The notes under the pieces are model-generated. The model saw nothing but the letters and a program-made list of their open reading frames with translations. It did not search any database and was not told where the DNA came from. DNA of 64,000 nucleotides, taken from the NCBI GenBank assembly GCA_000320545.1, contig ADNK01000267.1, positions 1 through 64,000 of the forward strand, read 5' to 3'. Of the stretch, positions 43,435-56,989 are shown in pieces. This DNA comes from Bigelowiella natans CCMP2755. Lineage: Eukaryota > Protista > Cercozoa. Position 1 is the first letter of the stretch. The number at the start of each line of letters is the position of its first letter. Position numbers and translations under genes: made by a program.

Positions 43435-44044
43435 CAATGGTGATGATGACAACGTTACCTTGATAATATCTCGATTTCTCTCTAATCTATCACAAGCCAT
43501 TCTCACTCGCTCATCGATTGCACGTAATCTAGAAGATAGGTAGCAGTAATTGACAGCATCACCCTCCAATTATAAAGAAGTGATAAATAATACCCACATG
43601 ATGTTTACCTCTCGATAAGGGTAGCTGGATCAAGGGAAGCTTGTTGAATGCCTTGGACACTGTCTTCTGCATTCTTTTCGCCTAACAACAGTACAACACA
43701 ATCATAGAGTAGACAAAGACAATTCAATCATAATCATCATGATCATGATGAGATAATAACACCACGCCATGTTCCCCAATGCATGGTCTTTGTTGTTGTT
43801 GTTGTTGTTGTTGTTGTTATCATTAAAGTATGCATGGTTCTCGCTGCTACTACCAGTCATTGTTGTAGTAGAATCGTGATAATAATATATGATTAATTAT
43901 TATGTAATATGTGGTGTGGTTGTTATTGCTACTACCTCCAAAGGTTCTTGCTTCAGGAACTCCAAGCTTGATAACAGCTTTCTTGTCCTGATGTATGATT
44001 GACCGGATTCTTCTACGACACCTGTGCAAACAACCAAAAGCAGG

Positions 44045-44076
<32 letters not shown>

Positions 44077-45788
44077 CATCAACAAAGTGAGTGTGCCCTT
44101 CTACTACCAATAGATGATTATGTAGTAGTAGTAATAGCAGTAGTACCACTCAAGATGCTGCACAAGGTTGTTGTTGGACTCTTCAAGAGCATCTTCCCTT
44201 TCTCTAGACATCTCACTTAAGATTGAATTCCATACTTCTCTAACCCTGGTATTTCTTATGATCTTCGTATACTTCTCGCTTTTCAGTGTGAAGTACAACT
44301 TAACACCTACATCAATAGATCAATCAAGCAAACAATCAATCAATCATGAAACATTTAGAGGCAACATGAATTGTTTAGATATGAAGTCTATATCAACAAG
44401 GATAAAGAAGAAGAGGAAGAAAGGAACGATAACGAACAAAGACAAGAGCATTAGATACCAATTATGACTGATTATCATCATCATCACCATCATCATTATC
44501 ATTCTTCACAACTATAATGTGGATATACTACTACTAATCTACTGTTTAATGATTACGCACAATCTTCCTCCGAAACAATGATTGGTTGTGTAGGTTGGCC
44601 AAAGTCTTGCCTTTTCTTCTCTTCAACCTTCTTCTGAATCACGCTACTATATTCAGGAGTCCACAGGTTGTCACATTGTCGGTTTGCTATTATACGACAG
44701 TTTTGATCTGCCATAAAGAGATCCAGCCTCACGTTGGTACAGACACCTGAAACGAGTGAAATATAAGAAGAATAAGGATGAATAATAATTAGAATAATAC
44801 AAATAAGAGGAACTATCTTACATCCAATATCATCACCTACCTCCTGGAATTTCTTCATATCTATCTTTCCAGATTGAAGGACCTCCATCAGAGAATATGC
44901 GGTCCACAAATAAAGATGCTGATGCCTGAGGCTGATGGCTGTTGTCTTTCTTCTCAGCCATTGGAGATATACTGTTCAGCTCGTATAGTAGCAAGTTCCG
45001 CCAATAGCGTTTGGGAACGTTAAGTCTTGGTAAGAGGAATCGATGAATGCCCTTTTATGTGTAATACGACTACGATGAGACGATATAACTTCTTATTCTT
45101 ATTCTTCTTGTTGAATTGCCAAGAATTAGGCAACAATAACAACAACAACAACAATAACAATAACAACTACTACTACAACCTGTAACGGTAGCTGCAAAGT
45201 GCGTGGGGAGAAAGTGGATCGGTCTTTGAGAAACTTGGTAAGTATACGACGCTGTGCTTCCTCCTTTGGATTGATTTTGGTGAATACTTTATGCTTGTTT
45301 TCTTCTGCAAACTTTGCACGCTGCGTCTTGATGTAATCAACAAAGATCGAGAAGGGGGACCTCCACCTAATTTGTAGTGGTGATAATAATGATAATAATA
45401 ACGATTATAATGATGATGATGATGGTGATGATGATGATGATGATTACTAATAGTAAAAGCAATGATAATAATCAAGTCGACTACGATGATGTTAATGATA
45501 ATACTGACGATATTAAAACAACACAACACAAAGAAATCAAGGACAAGAAGAAGAAGAAGAAGAAGAAGAAGAAGAAGAAGAAGAGAAACGACCAAAGATA
45601 CGACTAACACACAATTGTCCGATTACTTATTCTCTAGATCATCCTCCGTATCGTTGGTGTATTCTATAAGACGTCTTGAATTGAAGGCAGAGAGGGGCTC
45701 AACGTGTGACTCAAGGTCCAGAGCAAAACGATCCAAGTTGATTTCTTTGTGGTCTTTCAGCTATGTTTATTGATTCATTCATTAATAG

Positions 45789-45827
<39 letters not shown>

Positions 45828-45939
45828 AACGATGATGGTATCTCACATCATAATAATCAGCCAAAATGAGCATGCAGTAGTATTATGTGTTGAATGTATG
45901 TTATAATGTAATGAATACTGTACCAATAACACAGTTATC

Positions 45940-45971
<32 letters not shown>

Positions 45972-46185
45972 ATAAATAGTACGGTGTCTTTGAGGTATTT
46001 TTTAGCTTCAAGAAGGAAACAGTTGTCTGCAGTCAGTGTCCTTTTACTTCTCATCTTAGACTCTTTACTATCATCAAATACTTCGCCGTCCTTTATCTTC
46101 TCATGCTTCAACAATAGAAGAATATACCTTTGAACGGAAAATATATATAATCATCATCATCAATAGAAGAATATATCTTGAACGG

Positions 46186-46233
<48 letters not shown>

Positions 46234-46617
46234 CATCACGTAGTAGTAGTAATACTGACTTGAGAGCATCTCTCTCCACCACCATATTATCCTCGTCTTT
46301 GCTATGATAGAATGGTAAATCATCCAAGATATTCTCCACCATTGCTTTGATAAGATACTCCCCAAGCATGAATGTACGATGTGAGCGCTCTAGCACATCG
46401 TAAGCAACATTAATAACCACTCTGCAGTAGTCCATAATACGTTCAACGTATCTATTTTTAAAAAGAAGAAGAAGAGGTGATGAGTTGTAGTTGTAGTAGT
46501 AGTAAGAAGAATTGTTTGTAGTTTCATCAAAGCATTATTGTCCGCGAATGAATTCATAGATGATGATGTTTTGCATAGTGTTACTTCAATCGATCAATAC
46601 TTTTAATTTACATTATC

Positions 46618-46667
<50 letters not shown>

Positions 46668-48027
46668 TCTCTCCTTCTTTTTCTTCTTCTTCTTTATCAG
46701 CTACTACTTGCCTACTTTTTGGAAATAGTTTGCACCAAACGCTCCGCCAAGAGCTTCATATGTCTTAGGTTCTCTCTCACGGTTTTTAATTTTGAGGTTG
46801 GATTGCATATCTCTAGCCATGGTGTTTGCTTTCCAGCCTTCTTCATCTCGGATGTGTATCTTAGAAGAATATATAATAGTGTAAGTACATATAATTGGTG
46901 ATAATGGATGATAGATTATAGGAGCAGCGTCGTATTTCTCACATAATTATTAATATTATTATCTCTTGATATACACATTTAGTCGTTTTCTCACTTGACA
47001 GAAGAAAGAGCCGGTAGGAGAGCTTGCTTAAGACGCAACCGCATTTTCCCCCCCACAAGAGATTCGCAAAAGATCATCCACTCAACTGAGTGTGGAGAGA
47101 GGAATTCTCGGTCTGCTTTGGTGGTATCGTTGTGGTTTTGGAGAACCAGTTTCAGGAATACCAAAAATCGGTCAAAATGTGCTGGCTCGTAGACATCGTA
47201 CACGCTGAAAACCATGTTTACAAAGCATTTCTTCTCCTTGATGCAATAATCCCCATTCTTCAAAGCTTCTTTCCAGTGCCTGATGAGATAGATCATGATG
47301 ATGATAATGATGATAACACACATCAACAATGATGGGATGATAAAAGAGGAAGAGAGATCCATCATCATCATCATTATCATCATCATCATCATTATCATCT
47401 AAATCATATAAATCATCGTCATCATCATCATCGTTTTACTTTTTCTCTGTTTCATATAAACGGAAGAACTCAGAGGGCGCCATATGTATGCGAGCCACGT
47501 GTCTTTCAAGAGGGTTAAGTTCGTAAGGACTCAAGAAATCGTCTAAGTCGTCCATTCCTGATAGTAGTAGTAGTAGTAGTAGTAGTATATCAAAATGATG
47601 ATCATATTCAGATGATGTATGTATGTGCTGCAGACAGTTGTAAGTTAAAGATGATTTATCAATCAGCATGCAGCTAGCTAGCTACACCTTGATCTTCCAT
47701 CTCCTCTTGAGCAATGTTGTCATCAGGCAATGGCTGGTAAGTAATTGCGTCCACACTTTTCATGTATTTATTTTTGGTTTCTTGTGGTACTCGATGGTGC
47801 TGCAACATGCGGTGATATATTGCCAGCTTGATAAGTTTCACCTATGAAGAAGAAGAAGAGAGCAAGAAAACAAAAAGAAGAATAAACAACAGTAAGAAGG
47901 AGAGGTACTATACGTGTACTAAGTATGTACTACACGTCAGTGAATCTACCAACTCTTCCTATCATGATAAGCATCATCTGCGGTATCAACAACAACAACA
48001 ACAACATCGTACAGCAGCAGCAGAAGG

Positions 48028-48060
<33 letters not shown>

Positions 48061-48793
48061 GATCTGCATATTTCTCGAAAGCGGTGGAATACTCACGCAT
48101 GCACATGCCATATCTGAAGAAGAAGAAGAAGAAGAAGAAGAGAGGAGGAAAGTTAATTAAGTAGTCCTCAAGTACAGCAGCCGTGCAACTATAAATATGT
48201 ATCATCCTAGGAATCGAGGAGTAGAAGAATTGTGATGGTAGTAGTAGTGATGGTGATGATGATGATGATGATGATGATGATGGTGATAGATCATCATCCC
48301 GTTTGTCAACAATTCAAGTTAGTGTGATGATGATGATGGTGATAGATCATCATCCCGTTTGTCAACAATTCAAGTTAGTGTGCTGCAATGGTGTCCTCTC
48401 TCGTTATAACTATACTACTATTACAAGTACTACTACTACTTTTTAACGCATTCTTTGATATGATTCTCTGATTCGATGGTAGTTAATATTGAGCTCAAGC
48501 GTTGTTTCATCAGGAAAAGAGGGTCTCTGCTGCTGCTTCCAGATACTGCTGCTGCTGCTGCAGATGATGATGATAATACATTCTTGTCCCCCTTCCTATC
48601 GTCTAGATGATTATTATGATGATGCTTTACATCCTCCATCACCTGTGAATGAATCATCATTATCATCATCATCATCATCATCATCATCATATGTTTAGGT
48701 AGATAATAGAGTCAAATGGCGGTTAGATATACTAGGAGAAGACTAGCTACTGCTACATTATTGATTACTTACTACACCACTGTGATAATAAGC

Positions 48794-48829
<36 letters not shown>

Positions 48830-49135
48830 AATGGGGATCATACATAGCGAACACTACTCATCATCATAAATATATCATATCATCATCACCACCACCAGCA
48901 GCAGCAGCAGCAGCATAATTTTGATGCCGTCTTTGCCCATACCTGATCATCATCATCACCAGCTTCTTCTTCCTGCCCCTCATTATATCTCTCCTCAAGT
49001 TCTCTATCAGCATTGCGATCAAAGATCTATGCATGCACACATCATATATCATTGTAGACACAATAGTACAACAGAAAAGTACAAACAACACATCTCCTGA
49101 GTGTACTGTACACACTCACACACGCACACACTCAC

Positions 49136-49173
<38 letters not shown>

Positions 49174-50060
49174 CTACACATAACGACTTATCTACTATTA
49201 CTAGTAGTAGTAGTAGTACACATAACGACTCATCTACTAGTAGTAGTAGTCGCACACATACTGGTATGGAACGTGGTTCTGTTTCTGAACGACTCATTTC
49301 CAATTCCCCAAGACCTAATCTTCCATCACCAGCATGCCCCCAAGCAAAAACCTAAATGAACAACAAGAAGAAGAAGAAGAACACAGCAGCAGAGAAAGTA
49401 TCATCGGAATTACTGAGATTTTGAAAGAAGATATTTTGTGCATATGTATGGTAGTGGTGGTGGTGTTAGTGGTAGCAAAGAGTGAGTGTGATGATGTATG
49501 TATGAATGATAACAGTGTGTACCACCACCTTATCTTTGGACGCTGCGAGAGAATGATCTTTTTTGCTTGCTACAGATGAAATACCGTATTCACCCAAAGG
49601 AATTGTCCTTGGAGGTGCAGCTCTATCTCTCATTTCAACACCTTTTGCCTATTCATCATTGCAAGTAAGAAGAGTGTGGTGATTGTGATGATGATGATCA
49701 TAACAATGATGATGATGATGACGATGACAGAATACTGCAATCTATTTACTTGAACACAATAATATATCGACTAGGACTATTAAATAACCAATCTACCATT
49801 TACACTGCACTACAACAAGTGTTAGCATCAATTCAGAAGCTAATAATAATACTATTGCAAGTAGTAGTACTACTACAACTTACATCATCATGATCTTCCA
49901 GCTGGCTTGCAACATTTCCAATTCCAAGTTTGCCGTAACGCGGTTCTCCGCATGCAATGACTTCAAAACGTTTTTCTCCATTTTCAACACATACTAGCAT
50001 GTGCGACTCTGCAAGTGCCGCATCAACAACACGAAGATCGGGACTTCCAAGATAACTTTG

Positions 50061-50118
<58 letters not shown>

Positions 50119-52394
50119 CATTATCTGTGTGCGCGTGTGTGTGGTTGAATCATCGGGAATAATAACAAACATTTTCCTTGATCATCATCATCTATGCACA
50201 GAATAATGTAGTAGTTGTAGTAGTAGTAGTAGTAGTAGTAGTTGTGATGCTGCTGCTACCTTATTATTATCATTATTATTATTATTACTACTACTAAAAT
50301 TGGTGGATATAACTACTACATACCGATTGCAGCAGTTTTCCTAATTTCTCGATTTGTTTTGGAGTGTTGATATCATAAGCAAACAGGCCTCTAAGAGCAC
50401 CCCAAGCATATACGATGTGTAATTTGCTATTCTTTTCATGCTGAAAGACTGCCATAGATGACGTAGGGCCAGCAAATATATGCTCAATCCGAGTAGTAAT
50501 CTTTTGTTGTTGTAGTTATAATAATATATCTTAGGTTAGCAAATATATGCTCAATCCGAGTAGTAAACTTTTGTTGTTGTAGTTATAAATATATCTTAGG
50601 TTAGCAAATATATGCTCAATCCGAGTAGTAATCTTTTGTTGTTGTAGTTATAAATATATCTTAGGTTAGCAAATATATGCTCAATCCGAGTAGTAATCTT
50701 TTGTTGTTGTAGTTATAATAATATATCTTAAGCTAGCTTTCAACGGATTAATTAGTGTTAAAGAGTGTACGAATTTGAGTGAAATGTCTTCGTCATTTGA
50801 TTATATCAAATTAAATGTAGATAGCGTTAAGCGTAGTAGTCGTGATTGTTGGTGATTGTTGAAACAACCCTTCTGTCATTGGGGCTGGAAGAAGAGTGAA
50901 TTCCTGAGGCCGCCTTATCAGAAGTTGTGGTTTGAAAATCGATCTTTTCAAATTCCCAACGGTCATCAAAATCTCCCAATCCAAGCTTACCGTTACGTCC
51001 TTGAGAACAATGGGTTAGAAGAAGAGAGGGGAGAGGAAGAAGAATGGTAGGTACTACTTAAAATGTTTCATTCAATTGCCGTATTGTCGTAAGTAAGCAA
51101 GAATCAACGTGGTCATCGTGCTTGTCAAATTTATACCTTCTCCTGATACATACACATCGCTCTTAATACGAGGTTTTTCCCCATGAGCTTTGGCCTTATT
51201 GTGCTGCACAAGGATGAGAGTATGCTTTCTTCCCAGAACAACGTCTAGTCCTGTACCCTCCCCTTCTTCCTCACTACTGTACACAGGAGTGATCTTGAGC
51301 TGCAACTGTTTTGGGGATTTAAGCTGTTTGATTTCAGGACCAAATCTGAGGATTAGAATTAGGATGATGTTGATGATGATGATGATGATAATGATGATAA
51401 TACATACGCAGTAATAAAATAATCAGAGTGCTAACAAGTGTCGCACTTGCTGCTGTGGTTAAAAATACTAGTACCCAAGCTGTCCTTTGCTGCCATCTCC
51501 CCACAAAAAGAGGTAGGGAAATCGTTCTTCATCTTCCTGTGGTTGCTCTGGAACTGCTGCGGAGAAGTTTCCCCCAGCCTCTACCGTGCGTATATCTTCA
51601 CCTTGCAGCAATTCCACCAATTCAGGCTTATTTCGATGCCTCAAATCGCCTAGACCGAGCTGGCCACAGTCATTTCTTCCCCAACAAAACACGTTTCCCT
51701 AATCATGTAGGAATAGTAGTAGTATTAATAGTAGAAGTAGTAGTAGGAAAATAACAACATCATCAAAAATAAGTGTTGTCGTTTTTCTTATAATCATGCC
51801 GTATAATATCGTGGATTATTACTATTATTAATAAATAATAACAATAATAATAATTATATTTATATCACCGTCTTGGAGCGTGCAATGGTGTGGTAGTCCC
51901 CACAAGACACATGCACAATGGAGGTGTACGCAGTAATTCGATCTTCAATCACCTGTGTGTGTAGTAGTAGCAGCATGATCATCATCGTTTGCATCATAGT
52001 AATAATAAAGAGAATTACTAGTATAGTACCTCATGATCTAGTGAAACTACAACTTTGATAGGCTTAAATGCACTCTTATGAGGACCAGTCCCCATTTGTC
52101 CATACCTTAACAACAACAAGAAGAAGAAGAAGAAGAAGAAGAAGAAGAAGAACAAGAACAAGACGGAAACCATAAATGACGTAGTATCAATGAGCTCCTC
52201 CTCCTCCTTCTCCTCCTTTGAACCATTAATAATAACTTGGTTTGCTGCTGACCGCCCTCCCTTTGGTTGAGTCTTCTTCTTCTTTTTAACTACTACAAGT
52301 ATTTCTCAAGTGCTGGTTGCTAGTATGTAATGTATGGTGTTGTTAGGAGTCCTCACTCGTTACTTCCCCACGCCATAAGATACCTGAGGGATCA

Positions 52395-52432
<38 letters not shown>

Positions 52433-53378
52433 ACAACGTCGTTAATAATTCTTAATAACAATAATGGCAGGAATTAAAAAGTGAATGATTGTTGATGGTG
52501 GTTTATGGCAGGAATTAAAAAGTGAATGATTGTTGATGGTGGTTTATGGCAGGAATTAAAAAGTGAATGATTGTTGATGGTGGTTTTAGTTGTGTCTGGT
52601 GTGCTTCATATCTGAACGACGTATGTCGTTTCCATATAAGATAGAGGTGTTATTATATATTAATTATTATCATTCATGATTAGTATCAAAACAACATGTG
52701 CTGTAGATAGAAAATACATACCCTCCCTCTTCGTTCCCTAAGCGAGCGACTGAATGTTTCACACCGCATGCAAGCTGCTGCACACCAGATTCTGTTGAAT
52801 CTGCAACCTTTTGCTCCCCAACCTGAAATCCTACTATCTGGCTAGAATCTAATCCTACAATCTCCTTAGGTTCAGATATATAGCTTTCTTGGTTGCTGCT
52901 GCCATTGTCCAGCGTATTCACTACGTTATCGAATCCGCACCGACTGATTCATGATTATCATTATCATTATTATCATTATTATTATCACTACTACTACTAA
53001 CGTAACCCCAAGCAAAGATTCACTAACTACTAAGTACTACCGATTGAGAACGTAGCCCCAAGCAAAGATCCGACCAGATTTGGTAATTGCAGCCGTATGT
53101 TCCAATCCACATGATGCAATGATTACAGGATCGTTTGGAAGTTTCCGGCTGAACCATCTCACTGGAGTGGGAATGACTTTATTTCTAGTGTCACGTAAAC
53201 CGAGCTTGCCAAATTGCCCGCCGCCCCAGGTATATCTAACATGATAGAAGAAAGTATCAAAATCTATCTATCACGAGTAGCAGCAGTATTACTACACATG
53301 ATGGGAATAAAGCTTACTTTAACACAACACACATTCACACACGCATATACACATATTATATTCATTTTTACTTGTATA

Positions 53379-53416
<38 letters not shown>

Positions 53417-55000
53417 CAACTTACAATGATGTAGAACAGATTTAAGAGGCATGCAGTGGTTTTGATTATTATTATTTTCAGTGTCACCATCATCATCAGC
53501 AGCAGCAGCAGTAGCAGCAGCACTAACACAATCACTTACAAAGTTATCCCTGTTCCTGAGTTTTGCACCACAACCAGAGAATGGAACGTATGGCAAGATA
53601 TATGTTTAACTTTATTGTTTCCAAGGCCCTTAACTACGAGACGTGGTGAATGAACATTCTGCAGCGTTCCAAGGCCCAATCGGCCATAGCTTCCCATCCC
53701 CCACGTGTAAACCTAATCGTTAGTTATGATGGCGCGTATTTAAGTGACAAGAAACTTGATGGAGTGATGGCAACAAAGGGTGAAAAGCAGCAGCAAATTA
53801 GTGCCAGAATCCTCTTCTTCTCGTAATACCCTGCCCTCCTTGTTGAGTGCCATTGAGTGTGCATCTCCTGCTGCAACTTGTATAACACGCTCTTCCTGAG
53901 AAACAACTAAGTCTTCGATCAAACGAGGACATGTATGCTGCTTGGAGTTCCCATGGCCTAGACGTCCATATGTACCCCGACCCCATGAATACACTTGTCC
54001 TGTACAAGGAGGAGAAGGAGGAGGAGGAGGAGGAGGAGGAGGAGGAGGAGGAGGAGGAGGAGGAGGAGGAGGGGGGAGAGCTATTCAATGGAGGTATATT
54101 TAAAAGCGGTAGATGTAAATATAGGGTGGTATGTGTGAACATATGCTGCGGATGTAGGAGTAAATTTTACATTTACAGATATGTGCTCATGGTATGCTTC
54201 AATGTCCCGCATCATCAACAATAAGATAATTCTTTTCTAACCATCCATGCACAGAGCCAGGACGTGCTCGGATCCGCACGATATTTTATGAATCCTTTTG
54301 GGCATTTTGGTTGTTTTGTCCAATATGTGGAAGAGCTGTGGAATGCCCTCCACCTCAGATACTTTCCCAAGTCCGAGGTTTCCAAACGCATTGATACCCC
54401 AACCGTACAATTTACGAGATTTTTCACCGACCACGGCGATCGTAAACTCTGCGCCACATCCGACGATCTATGTCCACATGCAACGATTATCATTTTTCTC
54501 ACTCTCCCCCCCCTCTCAATCGTGCATCATCCATCACACGGTTGCACATAAATCTCATCACGACCTGCACTTTCTTATCTTTTCCCTCAAAAGAGACTTT
54601 TCCGTAACGGCCTTTCTCATGACCAAGACGCCCATGTTCGTTACTTCCCAATGTGTACCTATGTGATAATGGGTAAATTACTGCTGCTGTTAATGCTACT
54701 ACAAATTGCTGCAACCAAAGTATTGTTTTGTGTTAGCCAGCACAATATTTCTTACAGATTGCCGTCGCAGATAAGTGCAGTGTGCTTGTTTCCAACATCA
54801 GCTTGAGTTCTTCCCTGTCCGTTTCCAAACCAAGCCTCTGGTATATCCAGCTGTTGAGCTCCAAACTCTGTGAATCCTTTCTTCGTACTCAGCTGACCGT
54901 CAGGTCCTAATCCCCAACCTACGACGCTCAGACCGCTACCAGGCACCAAGACGGTGTGTCCCCATCCACAAGATATGGATAAAGCTGATGCCCCTGACAT
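39981..55000 (-). CDS. large protein: N-terminal RCC1/BLIP-II repeats fused to an IQGAP-like GAP-related domain and RasGAP_C-like region; more than 30 exons; 3' end approximate
   Basis: RCC1 repeats: SISCGWGHT, YTLGSNEHGRLG, YGWGINAFGNLG, YSWGRGTYGRLGHG, VAAGDAHS, FCWGRNDCGQLGLG, VFAWGHAGDGRLG. Downstream exons resemble the IQGAP GRD: FVNMVFSVYD..FLVFLKLVLQ..LKQALLPAL, VRENLRHMKLLAERLVQTISK, IMDYCRVVINVAYDVLE..LGEYL, PIIVSEE. Exons run continuously with no obvious intergenic gap. Confidence 0.7.
46108..46190. repeat. ~41 bp duplication spanning a minus-strand 3' splice site
   Basis: CAATAGAAGAATATA(C/T)CTTGAACGGAAAATATATATA twice. Confidence 0.8.
48270..48382. repeat. ~56 bp intronic tandem duplication
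   Basis: GATGGTGATAGATCATCATCCCGTTTGTCAACAATTCAAGTTAGTGTG twice. Confidence 0.88.
50471..50730. repeat. 65-67 bp tandem repeat x4 spanning a minus-strand 3' splice site
   Basis: AGCAAATATATGCTCAATCCGAGTAGTAA... at 50471, 50538, 50603 and 50668. Confidence 0.92.
52464..52587. repeat. ~41 bp intronic tandem repeat x3
   Basis: ATGGCAGGAATTAAAAAGTGAATGATTGTTGATGGTGGTTT repeated three times. Confidence 0.92.
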
Positions 55001-55649
55001 TTCCAATGTCTTCTTCTCGTATTATAACCCACCAGTGGCTGGGAGGGGGGAGGAAAAGGCTCGCCGCGACAGGTCCTCTAATTTATCTGAACAGTTACTT
55101 TTAATTGCAAAACCGAGGCAAATACGAGGCCGTTTGTGCATCTTAAGTTTGGAAATATCAATCAACGAGTAAGACCGCTGATCATGATCGGTATTCGTAA
55201 TCAGCATCACCTTCCAGATACGACATCCAGTTCATTTAGTCGCAGTGGGTTGATTTCAGGGGGATTTCCTAGGATTTCCCAGAATTTCTCGTGTGCCCGA
55301 CTTGTTGCTCTTTCTGTTTTTCCTTGATTTTATGCAGAATTTGAGAATCTTTATTTATCTTTACAAAGAAATTCCCTTTATTTGTTTTTAATGACAAGGA
55401 ATTTGAATACTTCCGGGATACATGGTATTCCTGTGCAAAAAGATTATTTGCGCTGAGATAGGCTTTGTCGCACCATAGAAACGCTGGTTCAATCCGTATC
55501 ATTTTTATTGTTAATGTGGACACAGGTAGTCACACACCCGTAGCCCCCCGAGAAAGTGTAACTCCGACCGTGCAAACTCCGACCGTGCATACTCCAACCT
55601 AGATATTCTTCTATATTCGCCTGCAACGTTAAACACTACGCAGCCAGAT

Positions 55650-56980
55650 AATGGAATCTTACAGCTATCAAAATGAGGACTGTGAAGGTATTAGTACCAA
55701 GCATTATTTTTTTAAAAGTGATTTGTGATGGATCAATTTCTGTGTCAGTTCAAAGTAATGTGCTCGTGCTTCCCACACAAGCTTCGATGGATGAATGTGA
55801 CAATTTTAGCTTGGAGGAAGATATTTTATTGATGGGGTATGCTACTTTTAGATATACAAGTTTTTTTTTATAAATCATTTGGTTCTTCAGAGGGGCAGCC
55901 AGCTTCTCCATTTTGAGAGCATTCCCGGACTTGTTGGCATTTAGATGCTTCTGTCAAAAGGTTGCAACACAGTGCTAAGTCTTGAATATAAATCTGACAC
56001 AAATATTTCACAAACTGCCCTCACATTTTTTGGTAGTGTTATATGGCAAATCTTCCTGACTGCAACACAGAAGACTTTTCCAAGTGCACCTGCTGCCCGT
56101 TTAAGGCTGGATGCGGTCTGAAATAGATTAGAATTTGCAATAGCATGTATCTTACTATTCCTTCTTCAAAGTCTTTTTAAATTATCTCGTTTTCTATACG
56201 TAGATAATATCGATAGAATTTTCACAAAAGAAAAATCATAACCTGCCGCCGCAAAACCTCCATCATATTGCCTGTATAAATTGCGTGCACATAACTATAT
56301 GAACATCACATCCTATTTCTCCTTTCGCTGTTTCACTCTGCGCGATTCTTCACTTGCTCTGTCTTCCTCATATCAGGCTGTGAAAATTGGAAAGATCCTA
56401 CGTACTGCCAGCTATTTTGCGTTGCTTGTGCAAGGTGGTACTAACTAAAGAAAACTTCGTTGATTTATTGGCTCCGAAACATAGAATCGGAAGATGACTT
56501 GCATACTGGAGCTTGCTTCCATCGCTGCCGCTACTTTTAATCCTATTGCTATTTACGTCGTTCTTCTCACTATGCAGTGCTGGTCCTAAATTCTTCACTA
56601 GCATTCCATCATGCATCCGCATTCAGTGTCTTTTCTACAAGGTGCTTCTAGCTATTATACATTACACTGATGATGATAGTGAGTAATCATTTTATACTGA
56701 TGTATTGTTATACAGTGTGGGGTCCGAAATGAATTTTTAATGAACTGGAAAAACGAAATTACAGCTGTGAGTATTTCCTAATCAACCAACGCCTTAATTT
56801 ATGAAGTGACAGTTTGATGTTGCAGGGAGAATGGTGCACCTCCATGTGCTGCTGCCTACACAATGATTTTGGCTGTAAGGATATTTGTAAGATTCAATGG
56901 CTCTGTCTTCTATGTACTTTCTGAGATGGCCCATAGGCAGATTTCACCCCACTGATGCATTGTTACTCGAGGGCTGATAA
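55650..56980. other. unresolved possibly transcribed region (hypothetical gene, strand uncertain)
   Basis: Non-repetitive sequence with splice-like signals on both strands. Minus: a phase-consistent chain MRKTEQVKNRAE/QYDGGFAAA/DFEEGI/TASSLKRAAG. Plus: CAG...GTAAGG at ~56826-56880. No recognisable domain. Confidence 0.25.
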
Positions 56981-56989
56981 TCGCCGGTT

